Below, piece after piece: positions 15,301 through 24,527 of a stretch of 52,440 nt of DNA. The stretch covers positions 1-52,440 of the forward strand of contig CBDVBE010000002.1 in the NCBI GenBank assembly GCA_965372145.1. The letters run 5' to 3'. Within the stretch, counting starts at the first letter, position 1; each line of letters begins with the position of its first letter. Source of the stretch: an uncultured bacterium (GTDB taxonomy: Bacteria > Fibrobacterota > Chitinivibrionia > Chitinivibrionales > JANQEN01). The notes beneath the pieces are model-generated. The model did not search any database, was not told the origin of the DNA, and saw only the letters and a program-made list of their open reading frames with translations. The position numbers and the translations under genes were made by a program.

Positions 15301-16679
15301 ATGGCGATCTGAGTGATCCGGATGAAGAACCTGCCCTTGATGAAGCACCGGAAGTATCATTACTGGAAGAGGGCGGAGAGCCTGAAAAGTTGTATCCTGA
15401 TTCTGACAGTACGGTCTCTCTGGAAGAAGCGGCGGTCATTGGATTGGAAGAAGAGGAGACTATTGAACCGGAAGAATCATTACCGTCCAATGTGTCACTT
15501 GAAGATGCAATGAGTATGGAAGCGGAAACAGGTATTGACACATTAGCATCACTGCCGGAAGAAGAGACTATAGAAAGTGAACCGGTTGGTGAGTTCTACA
15601 CCGAATCAGGTGACTCAGCTTCTTTGGAAGGTTCTGAAGCAGTGTTAGACAGCGAAATAGAGACGCCGGTTAGTGATAGTGTGGTACAGGAGAGCTTTGC
15701 TGATGACGAATTGACGGTTATAGAGGAAAAAATTTCCGGTGATGAGATGGAATTGGAATCAATTCCGGATGAAGATGTTGATGAGGATGAACAGACAAGT
15801 GAGTTTTATACTGAGTCCGGTGATGCTGCGCCATTTGAGGATACTGAAATTGAACTCGAAAAGGAGCCTCCGGACCGTTTAGAGGAAACAGCCACATATA
15901 ATCTGCCGTCCGATGAAGAAATGACAATTATTGAGGAGGAAATAACCGAAGGGGAAGAGTCGCTAACTGCAATTCCTGATGAAGATACAGATGAAAGTGA
16001 ACCTGTCAGTGAATTTTATACAGAATCAGGGGCAACGGCCGAAACAGATGAAACGGTGGAAGATCGGGAAGGATTGCCGGACCTTGAAACAGTAATTGAA
16101 GAGGAATTCACCGAAGAGGCGGTGCTGGACAGTGTTGATGAAGAAGACTTTTATACCATATCCGGTGATGACACCCCCATACCATTGACAGGTGAAACTA
16201 GTATTACCTCAATTGAAAAAGAAAAGCCCGAGGAAGTTGTATTGTCCGGAGAAGAGGCTTCTTTTGAAAAAATTCAGTCTCCTGATGCGGGGAGATTAAG
16301 AAGGGAAGTTCTGGAACAGAGGGGAAAAATTGCTGAAAAGGCGGATGCAATACCGGACCATGTATTAACACCAACCCTTGCAGATATCTATTTTCAGCAG
16401 GATCAGCCATATCTTGCTGTCCAGATATATAAGCGTCTGCTTGAGCGAGATCCTGATAATGACCGGATCGAACGAAGAATTGCAGAAATTGAGCAGGTGA
16501 TGAAAGAGCGTGAATCGCAGGTAGAACGGCCGGATTCTACGAAGAAAACTACGAGGAAGAAACCGGGACGCAAGAAAAAAACATCGCGAAAGAAAAGCAA
16601 AGATGATTCCCGTCCATTAAAAGGGGTGCGTATTAAAAGGAAAGTTAAAATACGCATTAAAAAGAAGAAGAGTGACTGA
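12396..16679 (+). CDS. Giant hyper-acidic repeat protein with N- and C-terminal TPR modules and a poly-basic tail
   Basis: 1427 aa. The N-terminal ~130 aa and the C-terminal LADIYFQQDQPYLAVQIYKRLLERDPDN are TPR-like. The middle is very rich in Glu/Asp with several repeat families. The tail is KKTTRKKPGRKKKTSRKKSK...KIRIKKKKSD. Confidence 0.8.
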   Translation: MPTPTDMSVGRLEDKLKIKPNSLVFSRLADSYRKSGDVQQAISISVHGLESHPDYVTGRIILGRCYLEQENFNDAIKEFTKICQLDRHNQIAIKMLADIFSKQGMEEKAGNLYNLLFKMDPENPSLEHLITVFKGSNKSNLYEILGIDEGVVEITPAAEAEKQASEEVYDESETPEALEEVGVADEGDIGLPQGDEVVAQIDEVIPGASEDQFESAPEAEPEPAAESDVGELAEPADKQLPDDALALEATEQVPSLEDSIAEDTAIPEISEQVEPELPSVEVAEAADQVPSLEDSIAEDTAIPEISEQVEPESPSVEVAEATDQVPSLEDSIAEDVAIPEVTDQVESAAASPEAAEQVPTLEESIADDIAVSEVSDQVELESEPAEDEVVEPEMESALESATEAPLTKEPSLDDILTPDSSETESEPAVEELQVQPEATPTEDLGDVTEMEAVSEDAPKEAAVVDKQEDGVEAEVIAEMEESAPDVVDQLPEAIDKGVPDADDISVRMDAMFGDEEEGEPESVSAVEELSSETGREALTTTDEISRITEIFEEGDESETGEMTSRMEDMFGDAEELVPPTAVETRAPEPVEELLPPGEMVTAPTEILDKKGLDELRKRVTETPAEELVEEEISVPGEDLTITGEEHTQIVEMAEIEREMAAMPTEIIDPMAPKEEVLAETQDLSDISPAAVHEPTEELMPADFTPEEEAPENIVTDATAVYDRKKIKEMAASESEELSETVEIQMSASEPEELIETVDIPMTEIPTPQTSLSGEEVISRLDEMFPTEGEPEPVHAIGAETRDISIDLPTEEEIDTLGVEGVSGTVEIMPQTAEPVDTTGIVPDTTQAETASYDRERIDEVLTSPETDVYMHDSEESWERQQTESFEMDNVETTGPLSGEEVASRIDEMFSGEDESIATIPDEDIDEHEQVGEFYTESGDTASIDEEVSPLDQEAVETGEDMTTPELTLDGDLSDPDEEPALDEAPEVSLLEEGGEPEKLYPDSDSTVSLEEAAVIGLEEEETIEPEESLPSNVSLEDAMSMEAETGIDTLASLPEEETIESEPVGEFYTESGDSASLEGSEAVLDSEIETPVSDSVVQESFADDELTVIEEKISGDEMELESIPDEDVDEDEQTSEFYTESGDAAPFEDTEIELEKEPPDRLEETATYNLPSDEEMTIIEEEITEGEESLTAIPDEDTDESEPVSEFYTESGATAETDETVEDREGLPDLETVIEEEFTEEAVLDSVDEEDFYTISGDDTPIPLTGETSITSIEKEKPEEVVLSGEEASFEKIQSPDAGRLRREVLEQRGKIAEKADAIPDHVLTPTLADIYFQQDQPYLAVQIYKRLLERDPDNDRIERRIAEIEQVMKERESQVERPDSTKKTTRKKPGRKKKTSRKKSKDDSRPLKGVRIKRKVKIRIKKKKSD
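13149..13472 (+). repeat. Three tandem 108-bp (36-aa) in-frame repeats inside the acidic protein gene
   Basis: Units start at 13149, 13257 and 13365 (QVPSLEDSIAEDTAIPEISEQVEPELPSVEVAEAAD). Units 1 and 2 differ at 3 of 108 nt. Unit 3 diverges in its second half, and a degenerate fourth unit follows to ~13560. Confidence 0.9.
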
Positions 16680-16804
16680 TAACAGATAATTATATCTAAC
16701 GCGGGATAAACACGCAAGTAAGTTCCTTATCAGATTCCTTTCTAAAAAACAAGAAAGCAATCTGTAAGGTACTAATGTAAATAATTTTTTCCTGAGTATA
16801 TCAC

Positions 16805-17878
16805 GTGCCTGAAGTAAGGATAAAAGAAATAAAGAGATACTTAAGAGAACATCATCTGTCCCACATACTCATTTCGGATGCAACTCTGGCTCAGTATATC
16901 AGCGGTTTTGAATCCTCAAATGTTTTTCTGCTTATCTCGGCCCGTAAGAATATTTTATTTACCGATTTCCGTTATCAGAGTGTGGCAGTGCAATTCTGCC
17001 GGAAGAATCCATTGTGGCATTTTGTTGAGATTAAAAAAAGAGGTTACGTTTTCCTCAAGCCATATCTGAAACAGCGGAGTCGTGTTGGTATACAGTCGGA
17101 TTTGATAACCCTTGATGCCTTTGATCAGATAAAGAAACAGCTAAAGGGGATACGATTAATCAAATTGCATGATACACTATCCTTTGTGCCTGCGGTTAAA
17201 TTAAGCCATGAAAGAAAGGCTATGCAGAAAGCCGCAGCAATAGCTGACCGGGCATATACGAAACTTCTTTCGGAGATTAAGATAGGAATGTCGGAAAAGG
17301 AGGTTGCAAAACGTTTGGAGGAGTTATGCCGTGTGTATGGCTCCGAGCAGCCGTCATTTGATACCATTGTACTTTTCGGGGCACGTTCTGCCTTACCGCA
17401 CGGTAAACCTTCAAACCGGCGGTTGAAGTCCGGTGAATGGCTCCTTTTTGATTTTGGCTGTACCATCCAGGGTTATTTCTCCGATATGACAAGAACCGTG
17501 GTGATGGAAAAAGCGAATAAGAAACAAAAATATATTTACGATATCGTTGCTACCGCACAGGAACGGGCAAAAAGAGCTATTCGTCCCGGAGTGGAAGCAT
17601 GCTTTGTTGACAGTAAAGCCCGTTCGGTTATTGAGGAAGCCGGGTACGGAGAATCATTCGGTCATCCGACCGGGCATGGTCTCGGATTGATTATTCATGA
17701 AAAACCAAGTATAAATAAAAATATCAAAACCGTGTTATCTGAAAATATGGTGTTTACCATAGAACCGGGTATCTACATCAACGGCTTCGGAGGGGTTCGC
17801 ATCGAGGATATGATGGTTGTAACTGAAACAGGTGCCCGTTCACTGACAAAATCACCACGTGAACTATTGGAAATTTAA
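16805..17878 (+). CDS. M24-family Xaa-Pro aminopeptidase/dipeptidase
   Basis: HPTGHGLGLIIHE, FTIEPGIY and VRIEDMMVVT metal-ligand motifs, with a creatinase-like N-terminal domain. GTG start. Confidence 0.85.
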   Translation: MPEVRIKEIKRYLREHHLSHILISDATLAQYISGFESSNVFLLISARKNILFTDFRYQSVAVQFCRKNPLWHFVEIKKRGYVFLKPYLKQRSRVGIQSDLITLDAFDQIKKQLKGIRLIKLHDTLSFVPAVKLSHERKAMQKAAAIADRAYTKLLSEIKIGMSEKEVAKRLEELCRVYGSEQPSFDTIVLFGARSALPHGKPSNRRLKSGEWLLFDFGCTIQGYFSDMTRTVVMEKANKKQKYIYDIVATAQERAKRAIRPGVEACFVDSKARSVIEEAGYGESFGHPTGHGLGLIIHEKPSINKNIKTVLSENMVFTIEPGIYINGFGGVRIEDMMVVTETGARSLTKSPRELLEI

Positions 17879-17964
17879 TACTACTCCGGCGTCTGATTTT
17901 ATTATACAATATTAGTATTAGAGAAAAGAACAGCAAGTAATGAATGTTATAAAAAGGATGTGCA

Positions 17965-19077
17965 ATGGATATCCATTCGTTACTTAAGGCGATGGTCGAT
18001 CAGAATGCATCCGATCTTCATCTGCGCGTAGGATGTACACCCATATTTCGTGTTAATGGGTTACTCTACCGTGCGCAGACAGATACCATTACCTTTGATA
18101 TAATGGACCAGTTCGTATCCGGACTTTTAACCGATCGGCAACGGGAGCAGTTCAATCAGGAGGATGAACTTGATGTCGGCGTTGGCGTGAAAGGTGTCGG
18201 GCGATTCAGGGTAAATGTTTTTAGTCAACGCGGTACCGTGGCGCTTGCAATTCGCTCAATAAAAACTGAGATACCTACATTCACCAGTTTAAACCTCCCG
18301 GAAGTGATTCTTGATATTGCCACAAAAAACCGGGGCCTGATTCTCCTTACAGGAACTACCGGAAGCGGTAAATCCACTCTTCTTGCGTCAATGATTGATC
18401 ATATTAATGAAAACAAAGCTGTTAATATTGTTACTATTGAGGACCCCATTGAGTTTTTACATAAGAACAAGAAAAGTGCGATTGCGCAACGTGAGATTGG
18501 ATCGGATACACAGTCCTTTGCAAGAGCATTACGGGGATGTTTCCGTCAGGATCCGGATGTTATTCTGATCGGGGAGATCAGGGATTCCAACACCATGGAA
18601 ACCGCTTTGAGCGCGGCTGATACCGGGCATCTGGTAATGAGTACGCTGCATACGATGAATGCAGTTGAGACAATAACGAGGATTGTATCATTTTTTCCGC
18701 CACATCAGCATGATCAGATACGACTTATTCTATCAAATGTACTCGTTGCGGTTATATCGCTGCGATTAATCCCTCGAAAAGACGGCCAGGGGCGAGTCCC
18801 GGCTGCTGAAGTGCTTATTAATAATGCCGCAATCGCTGAATATATTCTCGATCCGGAGAAAATGAATCTGATTCCTGAGGCTGTCGCTGACGGTTATACT
18901 CAGTACGGCTCCCAGACATTTGACCAGTCGTTACAGCAACTCTATAAAGATGAATTAATTACCTTTCAACAGGCACTCCAGTATGCGAGTAATCCCGATG
19001 ATTTCCAGTTGAAGGTCGCAGGAGGTGTCTCCGGAACCTCTGACAGATCGTGGCTTGATGATGGTACCAGTTTGTAA
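17965..19077 (+). CDS. pilT: Type IV pilus twitching-motility ATPase PilT
   Basis: ASDLHL...PIFRVNG N-terminus, Walker A GTTGSGKST, Asp/His boxes, ~370 aa. Confidence 0.85.
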   Translation: MDIHSLLKAMVDQNASDLHLRVGCTPIFRVNGLLYRAQTDTITFDIMDQFVSGLLTDRQREQFNQEDELDVGVGVKGVGRFRVNVFSQRGTVALAIRSIKTEIPTFTSLNLPEVILDIATKNRGLILLTGTTGSGKSTLLASMIDHINENKAVNIVTIEDPIEFLHKNKKSAIAQREIGSDTQSFARALRGCFRQDPDVILIGEIRDSNTMETALSAADTGHLVMSTLHTMNAVETITRIVSFFPPHQHDQIRLILSNVLVAVISLRLIPRKDGQGRVPAAEVLINNAAIAEYILDPEKMNLIPEAVADGYTQYGSQTFDQSLQQLYKDELITFQQALQYASNPDDFQLKVAGGVSGTSDRSWLDDGTSL

Positions 19078-19080
19078 TAA

Positions 19081-19944
19081 TTGTTGAAATGGAAATGCTC
19101 GTTACTTTTCCATTTACAAAAATGGAAAGTTATGTTAAAGTATAAAAATCAGTTTACCGTATTCGGAGGAGCTATGATGGAGAAGAGAAAATATCGTTTG
19201 TTTGGGGTTTTAATCCTGGTCGCACTGTGTATTACCCAGAGTTATGGCGGCAGTGTCGCAAAGATTAAGCGTATTGAAGGCAAAGTAAGTGTCCTGAAAA
19301 AAGGCGCTGTTAAATGGCGTGATGCACGAGTTAATATGCCGATAAATGTCGGAGATGAAATCTATTCACGTGAGGAGAGTTTTGCTGAATTGGTTTATTC
19401 TACCGGTGCAATAATCCGTTTGGACGAGAAAACAAAAGTCACTATTGATGAAGTAACCGCAAGGGGTACCAAGTCAAGCACACCAATTGGAAATATCTGG
19501 GCGAATATGCGTAAACTGACCATGTCAAAAAAGGAATTTGAGCTCTCTTCCCCCACCGCGACAGCCGCTATCCGCGGCACGGTTTTTCATATGAATACAA
19601 AGAAGGATTCATCCACTGATGTGAGTGTCTACAAAGGGAAGGTGTCAGTTGGTCCCAATAAAGAAAAACAGAAAAAGAAGCCGGCACAGCCAACGGGAAG
19701 GCATGAGATACAGGGGCCAACGGAGATTCCCGGGCCCTATGAAGTTACCCTTGATCAATGGCGGATGATTGTTGCCGGTCAGATGATTTCTGTGAATAAA
19801 GAGGGTAAATACAGTGAAAAGAAATTTGATGCCGATAAAGCGGCACAGGATGATTTTGTAAAGAAGAATCTTGAAATGGATAGAAGTTTTGAGAAGGATC
19901 TGGAAGAGAGATTGAAGAATATTAAAAAGGATGATAAAGAGTAA
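19081..19944 (+). CDS. FecR-domain secreted protein
   Basis: KRIEGKVSVLKKGAVKWRDARVNMPINVGDEIYS...SSPTATAAIRGTVFHM is the FecR fold pattern. The likely start is ATG 19174 (a GGAGGA lies 4 nt upstream), followed by a signal peptide. Confidence 0.65.
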   Translation: MLKWKCSLLFHLQKWKVMLKYKNQFTVFGGAMMEKRKYRLFGVLILVALCITQSYGGSVAKIKRIEGKVSVLKKGAVKWRDARVNMPINVGDEIYSREESFAELVYSTGAIIRLDEKTKVTIDEVTARGTKSSTPIGNIWANMRKLTMSKKEFELSSPTATAAIRGTVFHMNTKKDSSTDVSVYKGKVSVGPNKEKQKKKPAQPTGRHEIQGPTEIPGPYEVTLDQWRMIVAGQMISVNKEGKYSEKKFDADKAAQDDFVKKNLEMDRSFEKDLEERLKNIKKDDKE

Positions 19945-19973
19945 GTTGTTAATGTTGAAAAATAATTGTTGAT

Positions 19974-20006
19974 AGAGGTACAGCTTTTTTGTACCTCTTT
20001 TTTTTA
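19974..20006 (+). terminator. Rho-independent terminator
   Basis: AGAGGTACA (19974-19982) / TGTACCTCT (19990-19998) followed by a T-run. Confidence 0.7.
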
Positions 20007-20013
20007 TTATTTT

Positions 20014-20901
20014 TTACCTGTTCAAACAAACAAGCTGCTTAAATTCATCCTCAATAGTCAGCGGTGTAAATCCCCTTGAAAAAGCTAATGAACTGTCAAG
20101 CGAGACATCAATCGGGCGGGGAACCGGCAGGGTAGTTTTTTTCTGCAAAGTGGCTGTAAGTGGCGATGGGTCCAGCCCACAATAGTTTGCCACCTTTATA
20201 CCAAAATCATATCGTGAAACGATATCTTTTCCTCCAAGGTGAATAATGCCATGAAAATTGTTTATAGCATGTAATAATCCTTTGGTTGCACTGTTCGTGC
20301 ACAAAGGGGTTCGGATTTGATCGGTAAATAAATTAATCGAACCCTTTTCTTTTAATGCAGTAAAGATTGGCAGCAATGAACCTTTAGAGGCAGGGGACGG
20401 ATCGCCGTACATCAGGGGCATCCTGCAGATAGCGGCGAGGGGATAGATACTGCGTATGCGTTCTTCCGCTTTCGCTTTCTGCTCACCGTAACGCATAAGG
20501 GGTGATAGCGGATCGTGTTCGGCATAGGGTGGATGCTCACCGTCAAATACCAAATCGGTTGAGGTAAACACAAAAGGTACGGCTGCTTCAGCGCACAACT
20601 CAGCCAGGTGTACCGCTGCATCGATATTTATTCGATCCGTTTCCGCGGGATTCCGCTCACAGGTATCAGGTTGTGCTTCCGCCGCGGTATGCATTACCGC
20701 ATCCGGTTTGATCTCGCTGAAGAGTCGTTTACAGCCAGGGAGGCTGGTAAGGTCTGCGGAAACCGTTGTACAGTCCGGTATCTCAATAGGATGAGAAAAA
20801 ACCGTTCCATAGACCTGCCACTTTTTTTTAGCATAGGCGCACAGGTTCCATCCTAAAAATCCTGAAGCTCCGGTTATAAGCAGTTTTTTCATTATAAGCA
20901 A
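20014..20901 (-). CDS. NAD(P)-dependent sugar-nucleotide reductase/epimerase (RmlD-like SDR)
   Basis: N-terminal LLITGASGFLGWNL Rossmann motif, ~290 aa, RmlD-substrate-binding-like layout. Probable start at MKKLL (20892). Confidence 0.65.
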   Translation of the reverse strand: MLIMKKLLITGASGFLGWNLCAYAKKKWQVYGTVFSHPIEIPDCTTVSADLTSLPGCKRLFSEIKPDAVMHTAAEAQPDTCERNPAETDRINIDAAVHLAELCAEAAVPFVFTSTDLVFDGEHPPYAEHDPLSPLMRYGEQKAKAEERIRSIYPLAAICRMPLMYGDPSPASKGSLLPIFTALKEKGSINLFTDQIRTPLCTNSATKGLLHAINNFHGIIHLGGKDIVSRYDFGIKVANYCGLDPSPLTATLQKKTTLPVPRPIDVSLDSSLAFSRGFTPLTIEDEFKQLVCLNR

Positions 20902-20917
20902 ATTCCTCCGGTTAACC

Positions 20918-22261
20918 CTACAGGACCAGATAATAAAACCCGCTCAATATGATACCAAAAATAAATACGATAAGAGAAGGCCCTATAAGATACGGGTATA
21001 CTTTAAACAGACTTGTTTTAAAATATTCCGATGTTATAACCAGGCAGATATGCACCGGCGAGAATATCATCCCGATATACCCGGAAACATACGCAAGGAC
21101 TGTTGTCGCGGCAATAACATTAAAACCGGCGTCAGTGCCGATAAGTGCAAATACAAGTGGGAAACTGGCTCCTACAAATGCAAACGCAACGCCGGTAACA
21201 ATACCGGAAATAAATGGTATGAGAATAATAACCGGTATCAAGGGTATCCCCAGGGTAATAAACTCATCACGCATTTGCGATACCAGTGTTATACCAAGGT
21301 TGTTGATCGGCATAACAATTGTTGAAGAAAAACTCTGCACACCAATAATAACGAGAATGAGAAAAAAGGTTTGTTTCTTTCTAAATATTTTTACTGATGT
21401 TTTTATGGCCTCGGGATTTTTACTGAGAATAAGAACAAGGGAAATTACCAGCCCTGTAAGCATGGCAGCCAGGTTGGCGTAGATACTTTTCAGATGGAAG
21501 TGCTGGAGTAATGCAGAGCCTCCCACAGCCAGGAGTATCAGCAGCAGTATCGGTAAAAAAGTGGCACTGACAGCCTTGAGATCAAGCGGTAAGGTATCAG
21601 TATTGCTTGTCTGTTTCTGCGTATTACGAAGTAAAAACAGATAGCCGCTCCCAATGGCAATTGGAGTGATAAAAATCATCAGTCCGGAAAAATTCGCTGC
21701 ACTCAGGCCCGAATAATGAATGGCAAAAATGACCCCGGGGTAGAGCGGCCACCAACACTCCCAGATATGGCGGAACCAGTAATTGATTGCTGTTTTCTTT
21801 GCCGGATTTATTTCCTGCTTATCGTCGATAGAATGAATAAATGGCGCAGAGAATATTGCACCTCCGGGCATTGGTAATAAGCCTACCAGAGCCGGTAATC
21901 CGGCAAGGAGCATGGTATGATTACGCAGCCATTGCTTTAAGGAGGTAATCGTTCGCTGCATCCTGCCCGTATTATTCAGGGACTCGGTGAAAAATAATAT
22001 GAGGAGGATAACAAGTATGAGGAGCCAGTATTCCGGTTTAGCGAGACTCCGCACCTGATAAAGCAATCCGTCCGATAAACCTGCGCCGCTTATAAAGGTT
22101 AAAAGCAAGGAATGGATAATAATCGAAACACCCAGAGGAATACCCAGTCTATAGACTATAAGGATTCCCAGAAAGACGAAACCAATTTTTACTACTGCCG
22201 GAAAATGTATGATAGAGTCAATCATGAACTTTGTATAATCGCTATCGTAATTAAAACCCAA
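20918..22261 (-). CDS. Polytopic membrane protein (DUF401-like putative transporter)
   Basis: 447 aa, at least 10 hydrophobic helices, no soluble domains. The family assignment is from memory only. Confidence 0.45.
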   Translation of the reverse strand: MGFNYDSDYTKFMIDSIIHFPAVVKIGFVFLGILIVYRLGIPLGVSIIIHSLLLTFISGAGLSDGLLYQVRSLAKPEYWLLILVILLILFFTESLNNTGRMQRTITSLKQWLRNHTMLLAGLPALVGLLPMPGGAIFSAPFIHSIDDKQEINPAKKTAINYWFRHIWECWWPLYPGVIFAIHYSGLSAANFSGLMIFITPIAIGSGYLFLLRNTQKQTSNTDTLPLDLKAVSATFLPILLLILLAVGGSALLQHFHLKSIYANLAAMLTGLVISLVLILSKNPEAIKTSVKIFRKKQTFFLILVIIGVQSFSSTIVMPINNLGITLVSQMRDEFITLGIPLIPVIILIPFISGIVTGVAFAFVGASFPLVFALIGTDAGFNVIAATTVLAYVSGYIGMIFSPVHICLVITSEYFKTSLFKVYPYLIGPSLIVFIFGIILSGFYYLVL

Positions 22262-22382
22262 TAGTTAAATAACTTCATACTCTTAATCGAAAGAAGATAA
22301 CGTGACTGCCTCGTTGTCGAATATTTGCGAATCCATTCTTTCAAGGAGTTTACAAAGTTTTTTTCCTGAAAATACACGAAGT

Positions 22383-22616
22383 TTACCCAACGGCTGCCTC
22401 CAAACGAGTTATAAACACTTCATCGTGCAGCCTTTCTCGAACCTCTGTTTTAGATGCAGTTTCAAAAAAAAGTTCTATTGCTTCAATTAGATTTTTTCGC
22501 GCTTCTTCAATCGTATCTCCCTGACTTGCAGTATCGAGTTCAGGACACAAGGAAACATATCCGTCTCCTTCATGCTCAATTATGGCTGTAACGTTCTGTT
22601 TAATGCTCATTTTCAC
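22383..22616 (-). CDS. HicB-like antitoxin-fold protein (orphan)
   Basis: TAIIEHEGDGYVSLCPELDTASQGDTIEEARKNLIEAIELFFE is the UPF0150/HicB N-terminal fold. No adjacent toxin ORF. Confidence 0.6.
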   Translation of the reverse strand: MKMSIKQNVTAIIEHEGDGYVSLCPELDTASQGDTIEEARKNLIEAIELFFETASKTEVRERLHDEVFITRLEAAVG

Positions 22617-22691
22617 CCCTTTTTGTAGTCGAATTTTTGATTCAAGGAAGGTAGGAAGAGTTAAAACTCCCCTTAAATAGAGAATATTTAA

Positions 22692-23105
22692 TCAAGCAAA
22701 AGTAATTTTTAACTCTTTGCCTAAAGTATCACTAATACGTTCAAGTGTCTTGATTGTTGGATTACACTTTCTCGGATTCTCAAGTTTTTGGTAGGCCTGA
22801 TAGGAGATACCTAATTTTCTTGCTATATCAACTTGTGATTTACCATGTCTTAATTTTCTCAAGAGAAAAGCAATTTCAATATGAGGATATACTTTTATTG
22901 GATAATAGGTTTTGCCTCGATATTCTTTTGAGGATGGAAGTGAAAAACCACGTTCAAAGTCTGATTCAAGGCAAGCATTAAGGGCCTCATTAGCGCTATT
23001 TTTAGCTTCTTTTAAAGTGTCTCCATAGGTATTAATGTTTTCAAAATCAGGAAAGGAGACAAGGTAAAATCCGTCTTCCTTAATTATTCGAGCATAAAAA
23101 TGCAT
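22692..23105 (-). CDS. hicB: HicB-family antitoxin with a C-terminal XRE-type HTH
   Basis: N-terminal FYLVSFPDFENINTYGDTLKEAKNSANEAL, C-terminal HTH SQVDIARKLGISYQAYQKLE. It starts 3 nt after the hicA stop. Confidence 0.75.
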   Translation of the reverse strand: MHFYARIIKEDGFYLVSFPDFENINTYGDTLKEAKNSANEALNACLESDFERGFSLPSSKEYRGKTYYPIKVYPHIEIAFLLRKLRHGKSQVDIARKLGISYQAYQKLENPRKCNPTIKTLERISDTLGKELKITFA

Positions 23106-23108
23106 AAT

Positions 23109-23306
23109 TTATTTCTCCTTAATCCCAGTCTGCTTTAGTATGGCATTTAATAAACCCTTTGGCAAATCCTTATTCCCAAGAACAGGAACGGCTCTTTTCC
23201 CTTCTTTAATCATAATATGATGACTGCCGGCAATACGATCTAGAACCCACTTTTTCTTTTTAAGAAGCTTTACCCGTCCCTTGCCTGTCATAATATAAGT
23301 ATACAA
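23109..23306 (-). CDS. hicA: HicA-family mRNA-interferase toxin
   Basis: KKKKWVLDRIAGSHHIM...KDLPKGLLNAILKQTGI is the YcfA/HicA pattern. Probable start at 23291. Confidence 0.75.
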   Translation of the reverse strand: MYTYIMTGKGRVKLLKKKKWVLDRIAGSHHIMIKEGKRAVPVLGNKDLPKGLLNAILKQTGIKEK

Positions 23307-23436
23307 CTTTTAGGTTGCATTGTCAACAGTTTTATAGAATGAATTGAAAAATCAAACACTGTAATTGAGCTAATACCAGTTAATTTTAATATTTTCTCCA
23401 TACTGGGTTCAGTTCCAATTGTTTTGGTTGTGAATT

Positions 23437-24075
23437 TTAAAAAATGTCAATTTTTAATTCAAGCTGAATTGAAAGAATTCTATATATGTCAGTGTACTCT
23501 AATTGACCATCATATATTAATGCCCCGGAATCCCAAACATAATGCGGAATAGATTTGTCTTTACTTGCTAATGCCATGTATGCATTCAATCCGACACCAA
23601 TAATTTTAGTAAAATGTATACCAATACCTCCATTGACACCTATTCCGTGAGCTGAAAAATAATCATTTGCATCTTGATTAAAGAGATAGTACCATGGATT
23701 ATACCCTAATCCTATTTCAAAAAATAGGGAAGGATATACTTCCTTCTTATAAATATTAACTCCCAACCCGATATTACTACTAACAAAATTATTTGTAAAC
23801 GGCTTTATAAGAACATTATTGTACTGCAAAAAGAGTACAATTTTTTCATTAAGTCCATATCCCATTTTGTAATTAAGTAAAAAAGGTACATTAGCCTTAA
23901 CATCACGGTCATTTGTGTTTTCAATTTTTCTATAACTATTTTTTCTTAACGAAATACCAGTGCCTGTTCCAAGCCCAACATACAGACCCTTGCGATTTCC
24001 ATCAAAGGCAGATAATTCCGGAATAGTAAGTAAAATAACGAGCGAAAAAATATTTATTAAAAAATGTTTAGCCAT
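23437..24075 (-). CDS. Outer-membrane beta-barrel protein (small porin/OmpW-like)
   Basis: Signal peptide, alternating hydrophobic beta-strand pattern rich in Gly/Tyr/Asn, C-terminal ...LKIDIF with a terminal Phe. Very AT-rich gene. Confidence 0.55.
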   Translation of the reverse strand: MAKHFLINIFSLVILLTIPELSAFDGNRKGLYVGLGTGTGISLRKNSYRKIENTNDRDVKANVPFLLNYKMGYGLNEKIVLFLQYNNVLIKPFTNNFVSSNIGLGVNIYKKEVYPSLFFEIGLGYNPWYYLFNQDANDYFSAHGIGVNGGIGIHFTKIIGVGLNAYMALASKDKSIPHYVWDSGALIYDGQLEYTDIYRILSIQLELKIDIF

Positions 24076-24098
24076 AAAATTCCTAATGATGCTATTTA

Positions 24099-24527
24099 CT
24101 AGCTAGTTGAACATTTTATTGTTCTTTCATTTAAATCATATAAAATTATTACTTTACTACAATTTTTGTTTATGTAGAACTCCTCACATTGGCTAAAATG
24201 CTCATCTATGGTTCGAATAGAAACTTTAACCACATAAGTACCACTCTCAACAGTGTCACCTTTAAAATCTCTTCTATCCCAATCTATGAGAACAATGTCA
24301 TTATTCACACCAGCGATAATTAAGTTATAAATATAAACAGATTCATTATAATGATTATAAACCTCGAAAATCGCATCCACTACGCTAGAATTTAATATAT
24401 AAGTAGACCTAGTTATCGTTGGTTCATCACAATTTAATGAGCTTTTTTCTGATAATTCATTAACACTATTCTGACAGGACATAAGAATAACTGAAAAAAT
24501 CAATATAATTAGATTTTTATAACTCAT
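24099..24527 (-). CDS. Lipoprotein of unknown function
   Basis: Lipobox VILMSC at residues 13-18. Small beta-rich body. AT-rich. Confidence 0.5.
   Translation of the reverse strand: MSYKNLIILIFSVILMSCQNSVNELSEKSSLNCDEPTITRSTYILNSSVVDAIFEVYNHYNESVYIYNLIIAGVNNDIVLIDWDRRDFKGDTVESGTYVVKVSIRTIDEHFSQCEEFYINKNCSKVIILYDLNERTIKCSTS

Noticed and set aside
12856-16717. A series of long antisense or alternative-frame ORFs inside the acidic protein gene, for example the 270-aa Ser-rich ORF at 14336-15148 and the 158-aa ORF at 13859-14335
   Set aside because: GAA/GAT-rich coding sequence leaves the opposite strand free of stop codons and yields Ser/Ile-rich low-complexity translations. These ORFs are fully nested in a convincing 1427-aa gene.
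20949-21482. 177-aa and 91-aa plus-strand ORFs inside the DUF401-like membrane-protein gene
   Set aside because: They are antisense shadows of a long, hydrophobic and continuous minus-strand ORF.
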